Shown: positions 1 through 14,860 of the stretch, piece by piece | Numbering within the stretch: position 1 is the first letter of the stretch | Layout: every line of letters starts with the position of its first letter | Origin: Paramecium tetraurelia | Taxonomy: Eukaryota | Direction of reading: 5' to 3' | Length of the DNA: 64,000 nt | NCBI GenBank assembly: GCA_000165425.1 | Contig: CT868078.1 | Location: forward strand, 1-64,000 | Notes under the pieces: model-generated | Database searches by the model: none | What the model saw: only the letters and a program-made list of their open reading frames with translations | What the model was told of the DNA's origin: nothing | Translations under genes and position numbers: made by a program

Positions 1-639
1 AATCATTAAAAAAAATGAAAAAATTTTTTTTAATCATAACAAATATTTCTTTTTTAAATTTCACCCATTTTTAAAACAATTTTTAACAAATAATTTTTTT
101 TTTTTAAAAATTAAAATTAAAAAAACAATATTGATAGAATTATAGATTTATAATAGAAAATAGACATCTATTTTTTATTTAATCTTTTATACTAAAATAG
201 TAGTATCAATAAATCACATATCGTGAATGGAAAGACTTTATTTTCAAATGTATCAAATCGTTTAAAATTAATTTTGCTAATCTAAAGCAAAAAAGGGAAT
301 TTTTAAACATGATAGTATATTTGTAAACCTATTAAACTATGTTAAGTAGAATTTAAATCTACTCTTTAGATAAAATCACAAAATCTTCCATTTTGAGTAA
401 CATCACAAATAACCTGTCTTTATTAGATTCTTAATGTAAATAGATTCTCTTGTTTAGTATAATTTAATTAATGAGAATTATTATTTATAGAATTAATTTG
501 AAGAATATATACTCCTACACATTACTAAGTTTGGTTTCTATTTCTCATAACTATTATTAAAAAATAATTTATAGAAATTAGGACTTGAATTTTAAAATTT
601 TGTTAGAGATTATTTCATAGAATTATTCTAACCTAAAAA

Positions 640-1750
640 TGACTATAAGATTTTACAAAATCCCTCCTTAAAATGAAAATTACAGTATATATTTTTAAGG
701 AAGGTGAAAAATTCAATAATTAAAAAAAATTAACCAAACCATATTGCATTCATTAAAAGCATTAGTGTTATTGATTAACAGCCGTTAGTTTGCAGAAGGA
801 AATTATTTATGGGAGTATTAGCATGCCTATACTATTGATGAACAAAATTCTAATTAATATATTCAACGGAATTTATAAAAGGAATTAGTGGATAATTAAT
901 TTAAAATTATAGGGTATTAACTTAAGAAACATCTTCAATATTAATTAAACAATACTCTAAACTTATAAACTTAGGATTTATAACAATAAATGATTTGTTT
1001 TCAGAATGCTATCAAAGTATATCAATAAACTTAAACATTAGATAGTGATGCATGAAAAGACATAAGAGTTAATCTCATTTTATCAAAAGAGGCTGATTAA
1101 TTAGATTGAGGTAAACAACTATATAGTAAGATAATATTAAGTTGCAATTTAATTAGGTTTCAGCCCTATAAATTAAATTATTAAACATTTTGATAGTATA
1201 AAACCTATTTTAGCTTTCTAAAATGATCAATCGAGGGTAACGCTGGGGAAATTAATTAAAAATGTTGAAGAAAATGATGTTATTTTCCATTCTAGTTTTT
1301 CAGGTTCAGACGAAAGTATAGTTGTTAACAAAATTGAAGAATTTATTGGAAATCGTTATGCACTTCCAAAATTGAAGAATAAAAAGTACATATATTCGAT
1401 TCTTCTTGTATTGAAATTATATTACATATAAAATCATCTGATCATAACTAAATTTTTTAGTTTTCATATGAACCAAAGTCTTTAGCAACATTTTAAGAAA
1501 AGCCCATATTTGAAATAAATGAACTTAGATATTTTAGGCTTGAATTTGATGTTTGAAAAATGAGAAATCACCCAATTAATAAGTTTGAGTTTTATTGTGA
1601 AAATCAAGTAGAAAAGGAATTTCAATAAACTAATTTTAATAATCAATATGTGAAAAAACATTTTGATCAAAAGGCATCTTTAAATTTATAATAATATATG
1701 AAGTCTTAATTCAAACAACTTATTTCTTGATCTTTCCTCTGGCAATAATG
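640..1750 (+). pseudogene. Degenerate coding remnant, product unknown
   Basis: Protein-like stretches in ciliate code (LHSLKALVLLINSRQFAEGNYLWEYQHAY at ~750-1050; FDSIKPILAFQNDQSRVTLGKLIKNVEENDVIF at ~1190-1390) broken by TGA and frame changes. Boundaries approximate. Confidence 0.25.
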
Positions 1751-2796
1751 AGTTTTTTAACCTTTTAAAATTCCTTTCTAGATTATTTTTACTAATTTTT
1801 TATTTTTTTATAACAATATTTAAGAATATTGGTTTTAGAGATTTGTTAGAATAAAATCGAGTTTGTGAATATTTTTTGTTTATCTATCGTACAATTCTCT
1901 GTTTCATAAATAACATTTTGTTCCAAATAAGAGTGCTATTAAAAATATTCAACCTTTTTTTATTAAAGTATTGTGATCCAATTATTACTTTTATTTCTCG
2001 AGCCAATATTTTTTGGATGATGCTCTATTTTGCTTAATAAACCACATCTACATTTACTAACTCTTATTTTTAATTAAAGAATTCTTCTGTTATAAATTAT
2101 TATCTTATAGAGTACAAAAGATTATAAACTTCAAAGCTAATTGAAATTATATATAAATGTTGCATAAATCTATTCATTAAAGTTTAATGAATATATAGGA
2201 TTTACGTTTGATTTACATTAAATAGACTATGACTAATAATTTAATCAAATTAAATATGGTGTGTATGAAAGGAAAAGGAACTATAAATTTACTTTGCTAT
2301 TGAAAATATTAATTCCAAACATTTATAAAAATTAAGAAGAATTAGATTTAAGAGTTTCTTGCAGAGTTGAGTTGATAAAGTAGATTTATTAGTTTAATTA
2401 TTGAAAGGCTAAAGTTTTAACTTTTATTAGTTTATAATCCAAAAATTAATTTATGATGAAATGTAATTCTGATAGTTAAATAAGCGAAAAAAAAAATATT
2501 TTTATATTGATGTTAAAACCAAGGTAATTTCAAATTCTTGAATTTGAATTATTACAAGAGGCTTTTTATCAAAAAATCATAGTTTTTTGTTTAATCATAA
2601 AATTACCAAGTATAGATAGCACATATTAAATCTTAAAGAGTTCTATGAACATACATTATTGTCATTGAGAATATGTATTAATTTTTAATAATATTTAATT
2701 ATCAATCAATATTATTATTTTGTATTTCGATTAAGATTAATATAAGCAAGGGAATAATTTTTTTGATATTAATTATTATTTTAATTAAGATTTTTT

Positions 2797-5053
2797 ATGG
2801 ATTAATAAAATACAATTTCACGTTGTCTAGATCATAATGAATTTATTACCTTTCTTGCAAGATCTAAATTCGATTAAAAGATAGTCAAACTTTGTCATAA
2901 GTGTGTGGTTGAAAAAAAGAAGGATTTAGTTTTAATAGATGATGCCAAGAAATATCTTTAAGAAACAAAGTTAGGAATACTAGAGGAAAGAGAGTCCTTA
3001 AACAAGCAGAATGTAGGAATTTTGAATGATTTAAAATAAAACTTGGAAAATCTTTCTTTGAACTTCAATCTATAAATTGATAAAATTAAGGAGAATATAG
3101 GCTCCGGAGTCAAGCTCATAGAGACATTCTCAAAGTAATTCTAGAAAGTTTTAACTGAAATTTCATTCGATCAAGTAGAGAATGTAGATTTAGATAAAAG
3201 TTCAATTATTGGACAATAAGTTAATTATTAAGAATTAAAATAATCAATTATAAGTTAAATTGGTAATCTATTCAAATGGACAACTGTTGTAAAAATGTTA
3301 ACTATTAGTATCAAGTTTAAATGTTGGCGAGTAGAGTGAAGCTTTGAATTAATTATTTAATATTGGGTCTTTTATTGATTAATAGACATAGATAAAAGCA
3401 GATTGGATATGTGATAAGCACGAACAAGGAATAGTTTTCGTTGATTTATCCGAATAAAAAAGCATTCAAAATAGATTAGCTTGTCTTGAATGTATTCCTG
3501 AATATGTTATTTAATACACCAATTTAGGACAATTGCAAAAGATGTGGTAGAAGCATACTGAACAGGCTTTGACATTCTTTAATGTTTATTAAAGCAATAC
3601 TTCGAGTAAACAGTCTCAAGTAATTCTTTAACTCAAAGAGTTTAGAGAAGTAATTTTGAAGTTATTTGAGTAATTAATTGAATCAATTTAGATCAAAGTT
3701 TAAATAGAAAATAATGATCTCCAATATCATCATAAGTTACTTTAAAAAACATGGCAATCGTTAAGGAAAGAAGATCTAATTAATATTGTTGATCTTCTGA
3801 GTTCATAAAATAGATTAGCTCTAGTTAATCGCATGATAGAATAAGAATTTTAATCCAAAGATTAAGCTATTGATTCAATCATTTGTTCTCAAATGCAGCA
3901 ACTCTAAAATTTAATAAACTCTACTTTTCCATAACTTATTACATCCACCGTTAAGTCATTCATTTCAAATCAAAACCTTAATTAAAATAAGATTGATGTT
4001 GAAACATAAATTTAATAATCCTTATCCTTGTAATCTTAAATCATCACCCTTCATTTATAACTTCATAAGGAAATCATTTTACCTTAAATTTCCAAACCAT
4101 TTTCTTTTGAAGTAGTCTCCTAAATATCAGAAAGTACTACATGTTAAGCATTTGCACTTAATAATGACTCATCAATTTTAATTGCTGGGTAAGATAGTGG
4201 ATCAATAAAGGTTTTTGAATTCAATTTTGGATAATTAAGAGAAATTCAATTACTTAAAGAGCATTCAAGTAATATTCGACGTTTATATTTCATGTAAAAG
4301 GCTTCTTCACCCTTATCTGCTGGTGATGATAATCAAATAATACTCTGGAAGGTGAATAATCAGAAATAATGGTAGAGTCACAAAAAATTAGAAGGTCACA
4401 CAGGTACAGTTAGTTGTTTAATTATGAACAATTAAGAAGACCTTATCATATCTGGTAGTAATGATAAAACTATTAACTTTTGGGTTTAAGAGAATTAATA
4501 ATGGAAATGCAATTAGACAATATCAGATCATACAAACTATGTTAGGTGTTTATCATTGAATGTATTAGAGAATATGCTGATATCATGTGGCAAAGATAAT
4601 TTACTCTTAATCATCTTATAAGACAATAATAAAAGATGGAGTACAATCTAAAAGATATCAACTGAAAGGTGTGGCTATAGTTTATGTTTCATAACTGATT
4701 AGATGTTTACATTTTAACAGGAAACAATAAATATAATGCATATCTATCAATTAAATACAACAAGTTAATAATTTATTAAAATGGAATAGGAAGTAAGCAT
4801 TAAATCAGATTAAAATTGTTCAGCTTTTTTCCCTTAAAAATTTGTAAAGGAAAAGTAAATTCTGCTAAATAAAAATGGAAAAAATGTAAATTTAATTAGA
4901 CTTCATAGGAATGGTTAATTCAAAACAGAATAATCTATATAGAATAGCATTTGTTGTGGACTATTTGGTACTATTTCAAATGATGGAAGTTATTTAGTCA
5001 CATTTGAGAGTGATAATAAGGTGATAAAAGTAAGAAAATATAGAGAGAATTGA
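2797..5053 (+). CDS. Protein with two B-box-like Zn motif/coiled-coil modules and a C-terminal WD40 propeller (one frameshift near 3270)
   Basis: ATG 2797 MDQQNTISRCLDH...LCHKC; second motif CDKH...ACLEC at ~3410-3495; WD40 repeats (LEGHTGTVSCLIMNNQEDLIISGSNDKTINFW; DHTNYVRCLSLN); TGA 5051-5053. Frame moves from 1 to 2 near 3270. Confidence 0.8.
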
Positions 5054-5504
5054 TTTTTGTATATCAAATTTAACAAAATTCGTTTTTGATATTATGAAAA
5101 TATGTTATAAATTGTATGAGGTAATTCATCTAATGGATCAATATATATCTTTCAAAATAACCAAAAAGATTGCTTGATAAATTAATTAATGGATTCATGA
5201 TGAACAAAATTTATCCAACTTATTTTAAATTTATATTATAATTATATAAAAGATTTTCTAAGATTTGATATTATTGAATTCACTTTTCATCCTTCTCATA
5301 ATAAAATAAAAATAGATTACTCATAGTTATATTATACATATTTTGAATTTATAATATAAAAATATTGATATTAAGTTGATATCAACCCATTCTCAATCTG
5401 TGAATTTATCTATTTTTATTACAGGCAATTAAAGTGATCATTTAATTCATTTGGGCCACCTATCGATAAATAATACTATATTATTTTATCATTCTCCTCC
5501 ACTC

Positions 5505-5726
5505 NNNNNNNNNNNNNNNNNNNNNNNNNNNNNNNNNNNNNNNNNNNNNNNNNNNNNNNNNNNNNNNNNNNNNNNNNNNNNNNNNNNNNNNNNNNNNNNN
5601 NNNNNNNNNNNNNNNNNNNNNNNNNNNNNNNNNNNNNNNNNNNNNNNNNNNNNNNNNNNNNNNNNNNNNNNNNNNNNNNNNNNNNNNNNNNNNNNNNNNN
5701 NNNNNNNNNNNNNNNNNNNNNNNNNN
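5505..5726. other. Assembly gap (222 N)
   Basis: Run of N. Confidence 1.
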
Positions 5727-8639
5727 TTATGGTAATACCCTATTTTTAACCCTGTTCTTAATCATAATTAATTACATTTGAAATGTTTTATTAATTAAAT
5801 CAAATTATGAATATAGATTTTAAAAATTCTCCATCGAATTAGCTTCAATATTTCAAACCCAATTTTGATTCTTATAAATTAAAATTTTTGTCAAATTTTT
5901 TCCAACACTCTATATTTACCAACTTGATTTCTAAAGAAAAAATAATAATCAATTTTATGAATTATTTATATTTAATTCTAATAAATACGAAATAATCTAG
6001 TTTTGTAATAAAAATTCAATTTTTCATTAGATTTTTATAAGGGCATAGAATTTTATTGAAGAAAATTATAATCTATTATTGCTTTAGAAAATAACTCTGA
6101 ATGATAAGTTTTAGGTTATGCTAGTTTACTCATTTATCTGTCAAAACAAATAGAAGATATATGATAATTTAAACGTTTTGATATAGTCAACTATTATTAC
6201 TTATGATATTCGTTAATGTTGATGTTTGTTTTGCTCTTCAAAATTATTTTACCTCTAATATAAGTAGCATTAGTAATTTTCCTTCTGTAATGACATTTTT
6301 TAGAAAGATTAGTAAAGTTGTATTTAATTTAATTCATTTTTATGTGTTGAAAATAGTTATAGTTCGATTATTTGAGCCAAGCTAAATGATTGAGGAGAAA
6401 TAAATAAAGAATCTATTTTTATTTTTTAGAGGTTCAATTGGGTCAACTATAAATATATATTTAATTTATTGAGAGATCAATTGAATATTTATATAAAATA
6501 TGAACCAAATTAATGACTTAAAATTATGATATAATTAAAGATTGAGTAAAGGTAAATTTATCTTAATCTAGTATTTTGCATATTTCTATTTTATTTCTGT
6601 TTGTTGTGATACCTTAACGAATTGCATTTGGGTGAAAGTAATCTATTTTCTTTTTAAGACTAAATCAAATTAAGCTTATACTTTGAATATGTAATTAACT
6701 ATTTTTTTAATAGGGATTTTATTTTGAAATTTCAACAGTTTTGGTTAAGTTAATTTAATTTCTAAAGAACTCGGTTAGAGAACCTAAAATAAGAAAATTT
6801 GAGTAGAAAAATAAAATTTTACTTTTTATAACTTTTATACTAGTAGATAATGAAAAATCATAGCAAGAGTATTGGGTTAACTTAAAGATTTAGGTCTCAT
6901 GATTGCTTAGATTTAATACTAACTTTTCATCTAACATTTGCCATAATAATAATTTAGAATATGTAAATAATTCTGAAATTTTTTGAGTGATAGTTCTCTA
7001 AGTTTAATTATAATGGTATTTATATTCATTTAAAAGTTGAGAATCACTAGTAAAATTTATCTAATTAATTCTATTTACAAAAAAGGTAATAAAAAATCAT
7101 AATTAATTTTTAAATATTTATTTTGATTTAAAATTGGATTAATTTTAAAATGGATATTTAAATACATTTCAATTAATTTTAAATTAAATATTACTAGTAT
7201 AAACTTTATTAGCAGCATTGCGTTAAGGTGGTTGTTTATTATCAATTATTATAGAATCAGATGATGATTTTACTTTAGATGAATCAAAAATTTGCTTGTT
7301 ATTTTTTAGATTTTACTATATTAAAATAAATTATTGATGTTAATAGATTTGATTGTTTATAAATGATGGGCATAAATCAAATTAAATATACTTTAGTTAT
7401 TATATACCATTTTTTAAATTGACAAAAACTTATCCTTATTCAAAGAATGATGAAGGAAAATTTGTTATAACTCTATTGAAATCCTTTATTTGCTTTTTCA
7501 TAAGGAAAGAATCAAAATTAACAGATATTTAAAATTTATTTTTTGCTATGTTAGTAAGTCTTAAAATATTATGATGCCCAAGTTTATAGAATAATTTCTT
7601 GGTGAGAAAACTCTGTTTACCAATTATTTATAAAGAGATTATTTAGAGCTCCCTCTCAAAATTTATTTATGACAACTTTGTTTTGAAAGAACGATCATCT
7701 TTAATTATGAATTTGAAACTGATTGCTGTCAACTAATCCTAGGTGTTACAAACCTTATGCTTAGTTGATGTAACTTTTATTGAATTAGACTAAGGTTATT
7801 ATTTTTCTTTCTAAACAATTCCAATAGTATTGTTTAAGATAGTTCCTCATGACAAATTTGAATAAAAAAATATGTAAATATTTGCAATTTCAACATAATA
7901 TTTCTATTATCTTTCAAATCAACATAATTTCTATATTTTATCCAGAAATTTTCTAATGTTATTAGATTGTTCTGTTTCGATTGATATTGGGAGTAAGACA
8001 TCATTCAGTTTATAGATCTCTATAATTTTATGATGAAGTCAAACTTACCAAAGCTCAAGTTTTTCAATCACTCTAGTAGTTTAATTCAATTTTAATTGAT
8101 AATTTATATCTTTAAATCTATTTAGTTGGAATCATGAAAAAAGGTTACTGAAAAACAGAATTTGTATGAAAATCATGGCAATATTCAAATTATTCTTAGC
8201 TTTAGGTAACTTGGAACATCAATTATAAGTAATAATAATTTTAAAGGATACCCAAAGTAGAACAATATTAGATATGCTATTTTAAAATATAATTCGATAA
8301 TGATATACAACTTTAAGCATTAAGGTTCAAAGGTATACCCATCTATATTCTCACGTTTTATATCTCGGCAATCAATAAAATAAGCTGTCTTAAATGTCCA
8401 TTACAATCATGCTATATAAATATTTTGTATCTCTGATCTTAAGCAATTTAGAATAATTAGTTTATTTAATAATTGTATTTAGTGTTTAGAATATTTCATT
8501 ATTTAATTTATTAAAAGAAATATAATAAGATTGTGAATCAATTAAAATATGTAATCTAATTATAGAATTTTCCCCTTATGAATTGTTTCTAAGGATGACC
8601 ACTTATAGTATATGTAATTCATATTATTACCAATCTCAG

Positions 8640-9505
8640 CTATAACACAACTCTGTTTGTAAAATAGAATGGTAATATAAAAGTATTTAAGTTCAATAAA
8701 TTTTCATAATTTGGAGTTTACACTATTAACTTCTTCAACAAAAACATTTTTACAGCTTCTCTTATGGGCTATATTATATAAAGATCTTGAATTCTCAAAC
8801 CAAACTCATAATTTCTCATCAGAGTATAAGAAAATATTATCTCAATTTATTGTTGAGTGTTGAACTCTTAAGAAGATTCTATCATAACTGGATCTAATGA
8901 CCGTGTTATTAGATTCTATTAATCAAAATCTACACCCTCTTTATGTTAGGAGTGCTCATAGACTATAACTGTTCATTTAAATGATGTTTAAGCATTATCA
9001 TTAAATCAAGATGGAATAAAATTAATTTCCTATAAATTAGATCTAAATATGTTTTTATGGGAGGCTCAAAATAGATAAAATTTGGATAGGATAATAAAAT
9101 ATAAACATCATGGCTTAGAATTAGTGTCATTACTGATAATATATTTGCTTGCTAATAGCATAAAAAATGCCTTTGATTTTTACATATTCAATTCTGAATC
9201 AGGAGAATACTTGTTATATAAGCAACTACAAGTCAAAGGAGGTTAATCATCCTTTGACCATCATTTCTCATCTATTTACCTCAAATAATAATTACTCCTT
9301 CTTGTGAAAATTCGTAAATACTTGAATTTATAAGATTCACAAATCCATTTTGATCTTCTTAATATTTGGAATGTATTTTTGAATAATCAATTGATTTTAA
9401 TTCAGGACAAGCAATCAGAGCATTTACTTATGATGGACAATGCCTAATTGCTTTTGATGATAACTCAAATGAAATAAGAGAAAGAAAGTCCAAAAAGAGA
9501 GTATG
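8640..9505 (+). pseudogene. WD40-family pseudogene
   Basis: Fragments EDSIITGSNDRVIRFY, QTITVHLNDVQALSLNQDGIKLIS and AFTYDGQCLIAFD match the neighbouring WD40 family. Many frame breaks and no credible start. Ends approximate. Confidence 0.7.
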
Positions 9506-11208
9506 AAAAATGATGATATGTTTTAATTACAATCAGGTGTCTTATCAATAAATTGTTTATGTTTTAAATTAAATAATTTAAGAATTAACCTATGTTAAAA
9601 AGTACAGATGAAAACAATGATATTTCATTCAATACTTAAGTTTGTTTAATAATTATATTTTATGTATGTAGAATTGTAGAAAATCCATAAAAAGGAGTTA
9701 ATTAGATAAATACTTTATAAACTGCATATACTAAGAGAAAATCAAAGTATCAATAAGACATACCAAATATAATAATAATCTAGCTAATTCGAATTTAAAT
9801 TATGAATTCTATTATTTTACTAATTGATTTTGAGCTCTACTCAGTAATTTTAAAAGTTCTTTCTCATTCCATTTTACTGAAGGAAAAGGATGTTGATAAA
9901 CTGTAAAATAATCTATTAGATAGAAATTTTACAAGGAGAGTTGCAATTAATTATAAAATATTTAAGGGAATTCTTAATTATCGATTTTAAAATCAAAATT
10001 ATTACTTAATATCCCTAGAGAGATAGATAAATTTTGCATTTACTAAACAATTTTTCCCCTTATATTTACTTTTAATAACTAGGTTTCTGATGATGATATT
10101 AATTTATGAAGGAAGCTCAGGAGCAGTATTTATATCATTAATCCCTATGCTAATAAAGTTATAGTATTAAAGTATAATCAAAATGCACTTTTTATGAGAA
10201 ATTCATACAACTGTTGAATAGAAATCATTATTAGGAATTAATTAAAATATCTATAATAAATCCAGGGAAAATTGTAATTCAATAAGATTCATATTGATAT
10301 CTATAAGATGTCTGTTTTATAGACTAAAAAGTCAAAGATATTTGTTAAATATGATTGGTAAATTTATATAGAACCTTAACTTGATTTTATATTAGATAGT
10401 TTAATCAAACTATATTCTTCGCATATATATATTAAGATACAAGAGGTCACATAATTATTATTCAGGTCTAATCTTTGCATTTAAGATTTTGGCCCATTAA
10501 ATTCTAATGTTATTTTTCAATACGTCAAATTTAATATTTAGTAAATTATTATAGGCATCCAAAAATTTTAAATCATAATATCAAATTAATACCTATTTCT
10601 AAAAAGAATGAATGAAAATCAAAATTAATTATATGTTTCAGGCTGTTCATTACATATGAATTTAAAAAGGTTAAATGAAGCATTTAACTTGTGCAATAGT
10701 TTTCTTTTATTTATAAGTTTAAGAATAAACAACAAGAATTTATCAACAGTTTTTTAATAATTGTATTTTCAAGTATATATAATTAATAGATCAATTTATT
10801 TAAGAAATGATTATGAATTGAATTAAATAATCGTTATTCTAATATGTGAATATTAGCCAAAGAGATAAAGTATTATATAAGATTTCTGATTGCTATTTGT
10901 AATAATTAATTTATTATTTTCAGATCATTTATTAAAACTAAACAATCTATATATTTCTAATAAACAGTTTTCTTCCCTTCTTACAATTAAAACTTCAAAA
11001 TTCAATCTTAATATTAAATTTATCAATTAATTTATTATTATCATTTAGAGGAGACTCTTTTTATATATAGTATTTTATTAATTAATTCTTGAATTAAGAT
11101 TTATCATGAAATGATTAAACTCTAATCCCATGTTTAAATTAAATATATCAGTAATGAATAGAATATTTACTCATAAATACAGCTTATACATCATATTGAA
11201 TAATAAAA

Positions 11209-13745
11209 ATGGAGATGAAGAAAATATAGTTGCATGAACCTTAGATTATTTAAAATGGTACAGGATATTATTAGAAAAATTATGGCTGCTACAAAAATTC
11301 CAATATTTTTGTTTGTTATGATTTAACAAAACGAACATTGATACCCTTATCACTTGCAAAGTATTCAGCCAAAATATTACCTGGGTTGTGTATTGTGTAA
11401 TTAGAATTAAGATATTCAACTGATAAATAGAATGAACCCATTGATCTGGAATATGTTTTTTCGATTAATAAAAATGCTGCTGTTACTAAAATGATCGTTA
11501 AGCAAGGGCAAACTAAAGTTTACGGTATAGTAAAGGAAAAGGAGGAAGCAAAGGAATAGTATGAATAAGGACTAAAACAAGGAAAAACCACGGCATATAG
11601 TGAATAGGATAAGAATTTTCCTTAGATAAAACGAGTGAAAGTAGGATAGCTTGCACCAAATAAGTAATTGATGATTACTTTTGAGTATATACAACCCTTA
11701 GAGGTGTTTCTAAATAAATTTTGGAAAATCGAATTATTCCCAGTTATTGATTACAATTTTGTATATGGCAATAACAAGTAGATGATTGGTATTCATGATG
11801 AGTAGATTTATGGATATTTAAATAGATTATTTAGGATTTAAGATTTCGAGTTTACATTTAAATAAGAAATTTAGGTGGAAATAGAGATTGGATCACCGAT
11901 TACATTTTGGAAATCCCCTACTCATGAACTTGTATCAATTAATGCCTAAGATAGTGTGAAAGGAAATAATAATCATTTAATGCTTCAGTTAGAAGATAAT
12001 CATAAGAACTACGACCCGATTAAATCATTTACCTTACTTTTTTCTTCAGATGAAATCAATCTACCCAGGGCGGTTCTAAGTCATACAAATAATGATGCCT
12101 TACAATATTAGAAATATTGTGCTACATTAACATTCATTCCAAAATTTAATGTAGTTTCTTTAGATGATGCTTATTCACAATATTTAGATGGATTAATTAT
12201 AGCGGATAATCAAAAAATAATAAGAGGTAATTACTTATTCATTATTGATCGAAGCGGATCTATGAGTGGATCAAGAATCAGTAAAGCCAAAGAAGCATTA
12301 ATTCTGTTTCTAAAAAGTTTGCCTTAAGATTCAGAGTTTAACATTATTTCATTTGGTAGCAATTTTTATTCTTTGTGGAACGAATCCAAAATGTATTCAT
12401 AAAATTCTTTAGAATAAGCAATTAACCATGTTTAAAGTATGGATGCCAACTTGGGAGGAACACGTATAATTGTTCCATTAAAGGAGATGGTATATAACAA
12501 ATATTATGGAGCTTCCAATAAAACAACTCTAAATGTGTTCTTGCTTACAGATGGAGAGGATTTTGCTGATCCGATTATTGATTTGGTTCAGAAAAATAAC
12601 CGAGCATAAACGAGAATCTACACTTTAGGAATTGGTGAAGGATGTAGTTAATATTTGATCAGAAGAGTGGCTGAAGTTGGAAATGGTAAACATTAAATTG
12701 TTAGTGATAAGGAGGATATAAGTGAAAAAATAATTGACCTACTTGAAGATTCCTTAACTCCATATCTGGAGGCTTTTACTCTAGAATCTAACATAACTAA
12801 TATAGTCTCGATTATTCCTAATCCAGACTCAATTGTTAGTTTGAAAAAAAATTAAGAACTCACAATCTAAGTACTTTTTTCAAAAGAAGAGACACCAGAA
12901 ATTCTAGAGTTTAGGATCAATTGTTATGATCCATAAATCAAAAATAAATTTAATATTCTGTAAAGTTAAACTTGAATGAATCTTAAAATAATGAATATTT
13001 TCATAATTTGCCCACCTACAAATTTATTACTTATTATGAGAACTCCCTAAAATTTGGAGAAAATCATGTGAATTTTATCAAACTCAATAAAAACAAAATT
13101 GATTCAAAAGATATAATTGATTTATCTGTTTAACATTAAATTTTGTGTTCAAGAACGGCATTCATATGTTAGGTTTGTGATTTAGAAGATTAATTTAAAT
13201 AATAGATTTATTAAAGAGTACCTGAAGTTCAACCTAAATAAGATATATGGAATTAATAATTAAATGCTAGTTATTAAAAAACGAACAGAGTAAAAATTCA
13301 ACATAATTATAGAAAACCTCAAGCTGCTAGCTGCTGTGGTGAAATATTTCCTTCAAATCGGTAACCCAGCTTCAAATCATCTCCCTCACCTTAAAAATAT
13401 GATCCCTAAACTCAGCCGTTATTATAATAGGGAAAGTAAAAAGATAAAAGCAGAAAAAAGATAGACAATAATTAACTTACTTTTGAAAATTTGATTAATT
13501 TTGTTTAAGCAGATGGGTGTTTTAGAATAAGTAAAGAAATTAAATCAAAAATCAATTTTAAGAATCTTTCGAATCATTAAAAACTAAAAGATGATGTTTG
13601 GTTTACTTTTCTAGTGTTATTATACTTAGAAAATAATTTTAGTCAAAGTAAAAAATCATGGTAGTTAGTTTATTAAAAGGGAATATAATATTTATAATAG
13701 AATGGAATGGATTATAAAGCAAAGAAAAATGAATATAAATTGTGA
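11209..13745 (+). CDS. VIT + von Willebrand A domain protein (VWA5A/PARP4-vWA-like)
   Basis: VIT-like segment PIDLEYVFSINKNAAVTKMIVK..VYGIVKEKEEAKEQYE; vWA MIDAS motif LFIIDRSGSMSG, ANLGGT and FLLTDGE; TGA 13743-13745. One missing base in an A-run near 12937. Confidence 0.88.
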
Positions 13746-13899
13746 TAAATTATACATAATATATATATGCATATATTGTATACATTATTGAAATCATGAT
13801 AGGATAATTATATAAATTCACTATTGATAATATATAATTTGAATATTTATTATATTGATTCAATGGGGTGAACGGAATTTAAACTAGTCATTATTTTAA

Positions 13900-14860
13900 T
13901 CCTTTTACTTATGAACTTCTCCCTTAAATATATGAGATTAAGATGGTATTTAAGCAAGGCCAAAAATTTAATATTCAAAACCTAAAGAAACATCGTGACC
14001 ATGTTACCACTCTAAATATCTTTAAAATTAAACATTAATTTATAACTGGCTCAGCTGATAATTGTATCATAGTTTGACCGACAACTATTCTACCAAATCC
14101 AAGTACTTAACAAAATTAAAGAACCATTCATTTCAAATTACATGCTTAGTGATATCTTAGAATTCAGAATAAGTCTTTATCAGTGGCTCCAAGGATAAGT
14201 AAATAAAATTCTTGAATCAGAACATCTAAACTACATCCTTTGATTGGACTTGATGGTAGACAATTACAGAACACACTGATTAAATTTATGGTCTATCAAT
14301 AAATTGAGATGGCAATAAATTAATATCCTGTGGTAGAGATGGATTGAATTTAGTTATGTAAAAACATGATTATCAATTTTAGTAAATTCCGGAGTAAACT
14401 TACAAGGCTGTTTGATTTAGATTAAGCTTCATTAATAATCAGATGTTTGCATTTTAGCCTTTGATTCTTCATAATCATAAATTAAAGGCTTCTTAAATTC
14501 TTCTCGTATATTCTTGGAACTCTAATTCAAGATCCTATGTTAAATCCAATAAATATCAATAAAGGAGAAGGATAATGGTGTCACATCTATTTCCCATAAA
14601 CATACATACCACCCAAATAAACACTAATTGCCAAAAATGGATAACTGTGAACTTGATAAGATCCTCTAAATCAGAAACTACTTAAGACTTCAATTATAAA
14701 TTAGAGTAGGTTATTGATTATAGCGATCGAATCCATAAAGTCATATATCAAGGTTAGATCTTTGGGGCAATTAGTGATGATGGTGAATATTTAATCATTA
14801 TGGGACTCGGAATTCTAGTTTGATATAAATTAGATAACTCAAAGAGAATTTGTTAAATTA
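13900..14860 (+). pseudogene. WD40-family pseudogene
   Basis: LKKHRDHVTTLNIF..FITGSADNCIIV*, FISGSKDKQIKF, DWT*WQTITEHTDQIYGLSIN*DGNKLISCG, IFGAISDDGEYLI. At least three in-frame TGA plus frameshifts. Ends approximate. Confidence 0.8.

Noticed and set aside
1..130. Possible telomere or chromosome end
   Set aside because: Only poly-A/T low complexity; no C4A2/C3A3 repeats.
5451..5735. 94-aa ORF in the supplied track
   Set aside because: Artefact of the N gap.
13900..14860. In-frame TGA as a recoded sense codon
   Set aside because: The TGAs sit at positions expected to be different residues (Trp, Cys, Gln) and come with frameshifts, which fits ordinary decay. Intact genes use TGA only as stop.
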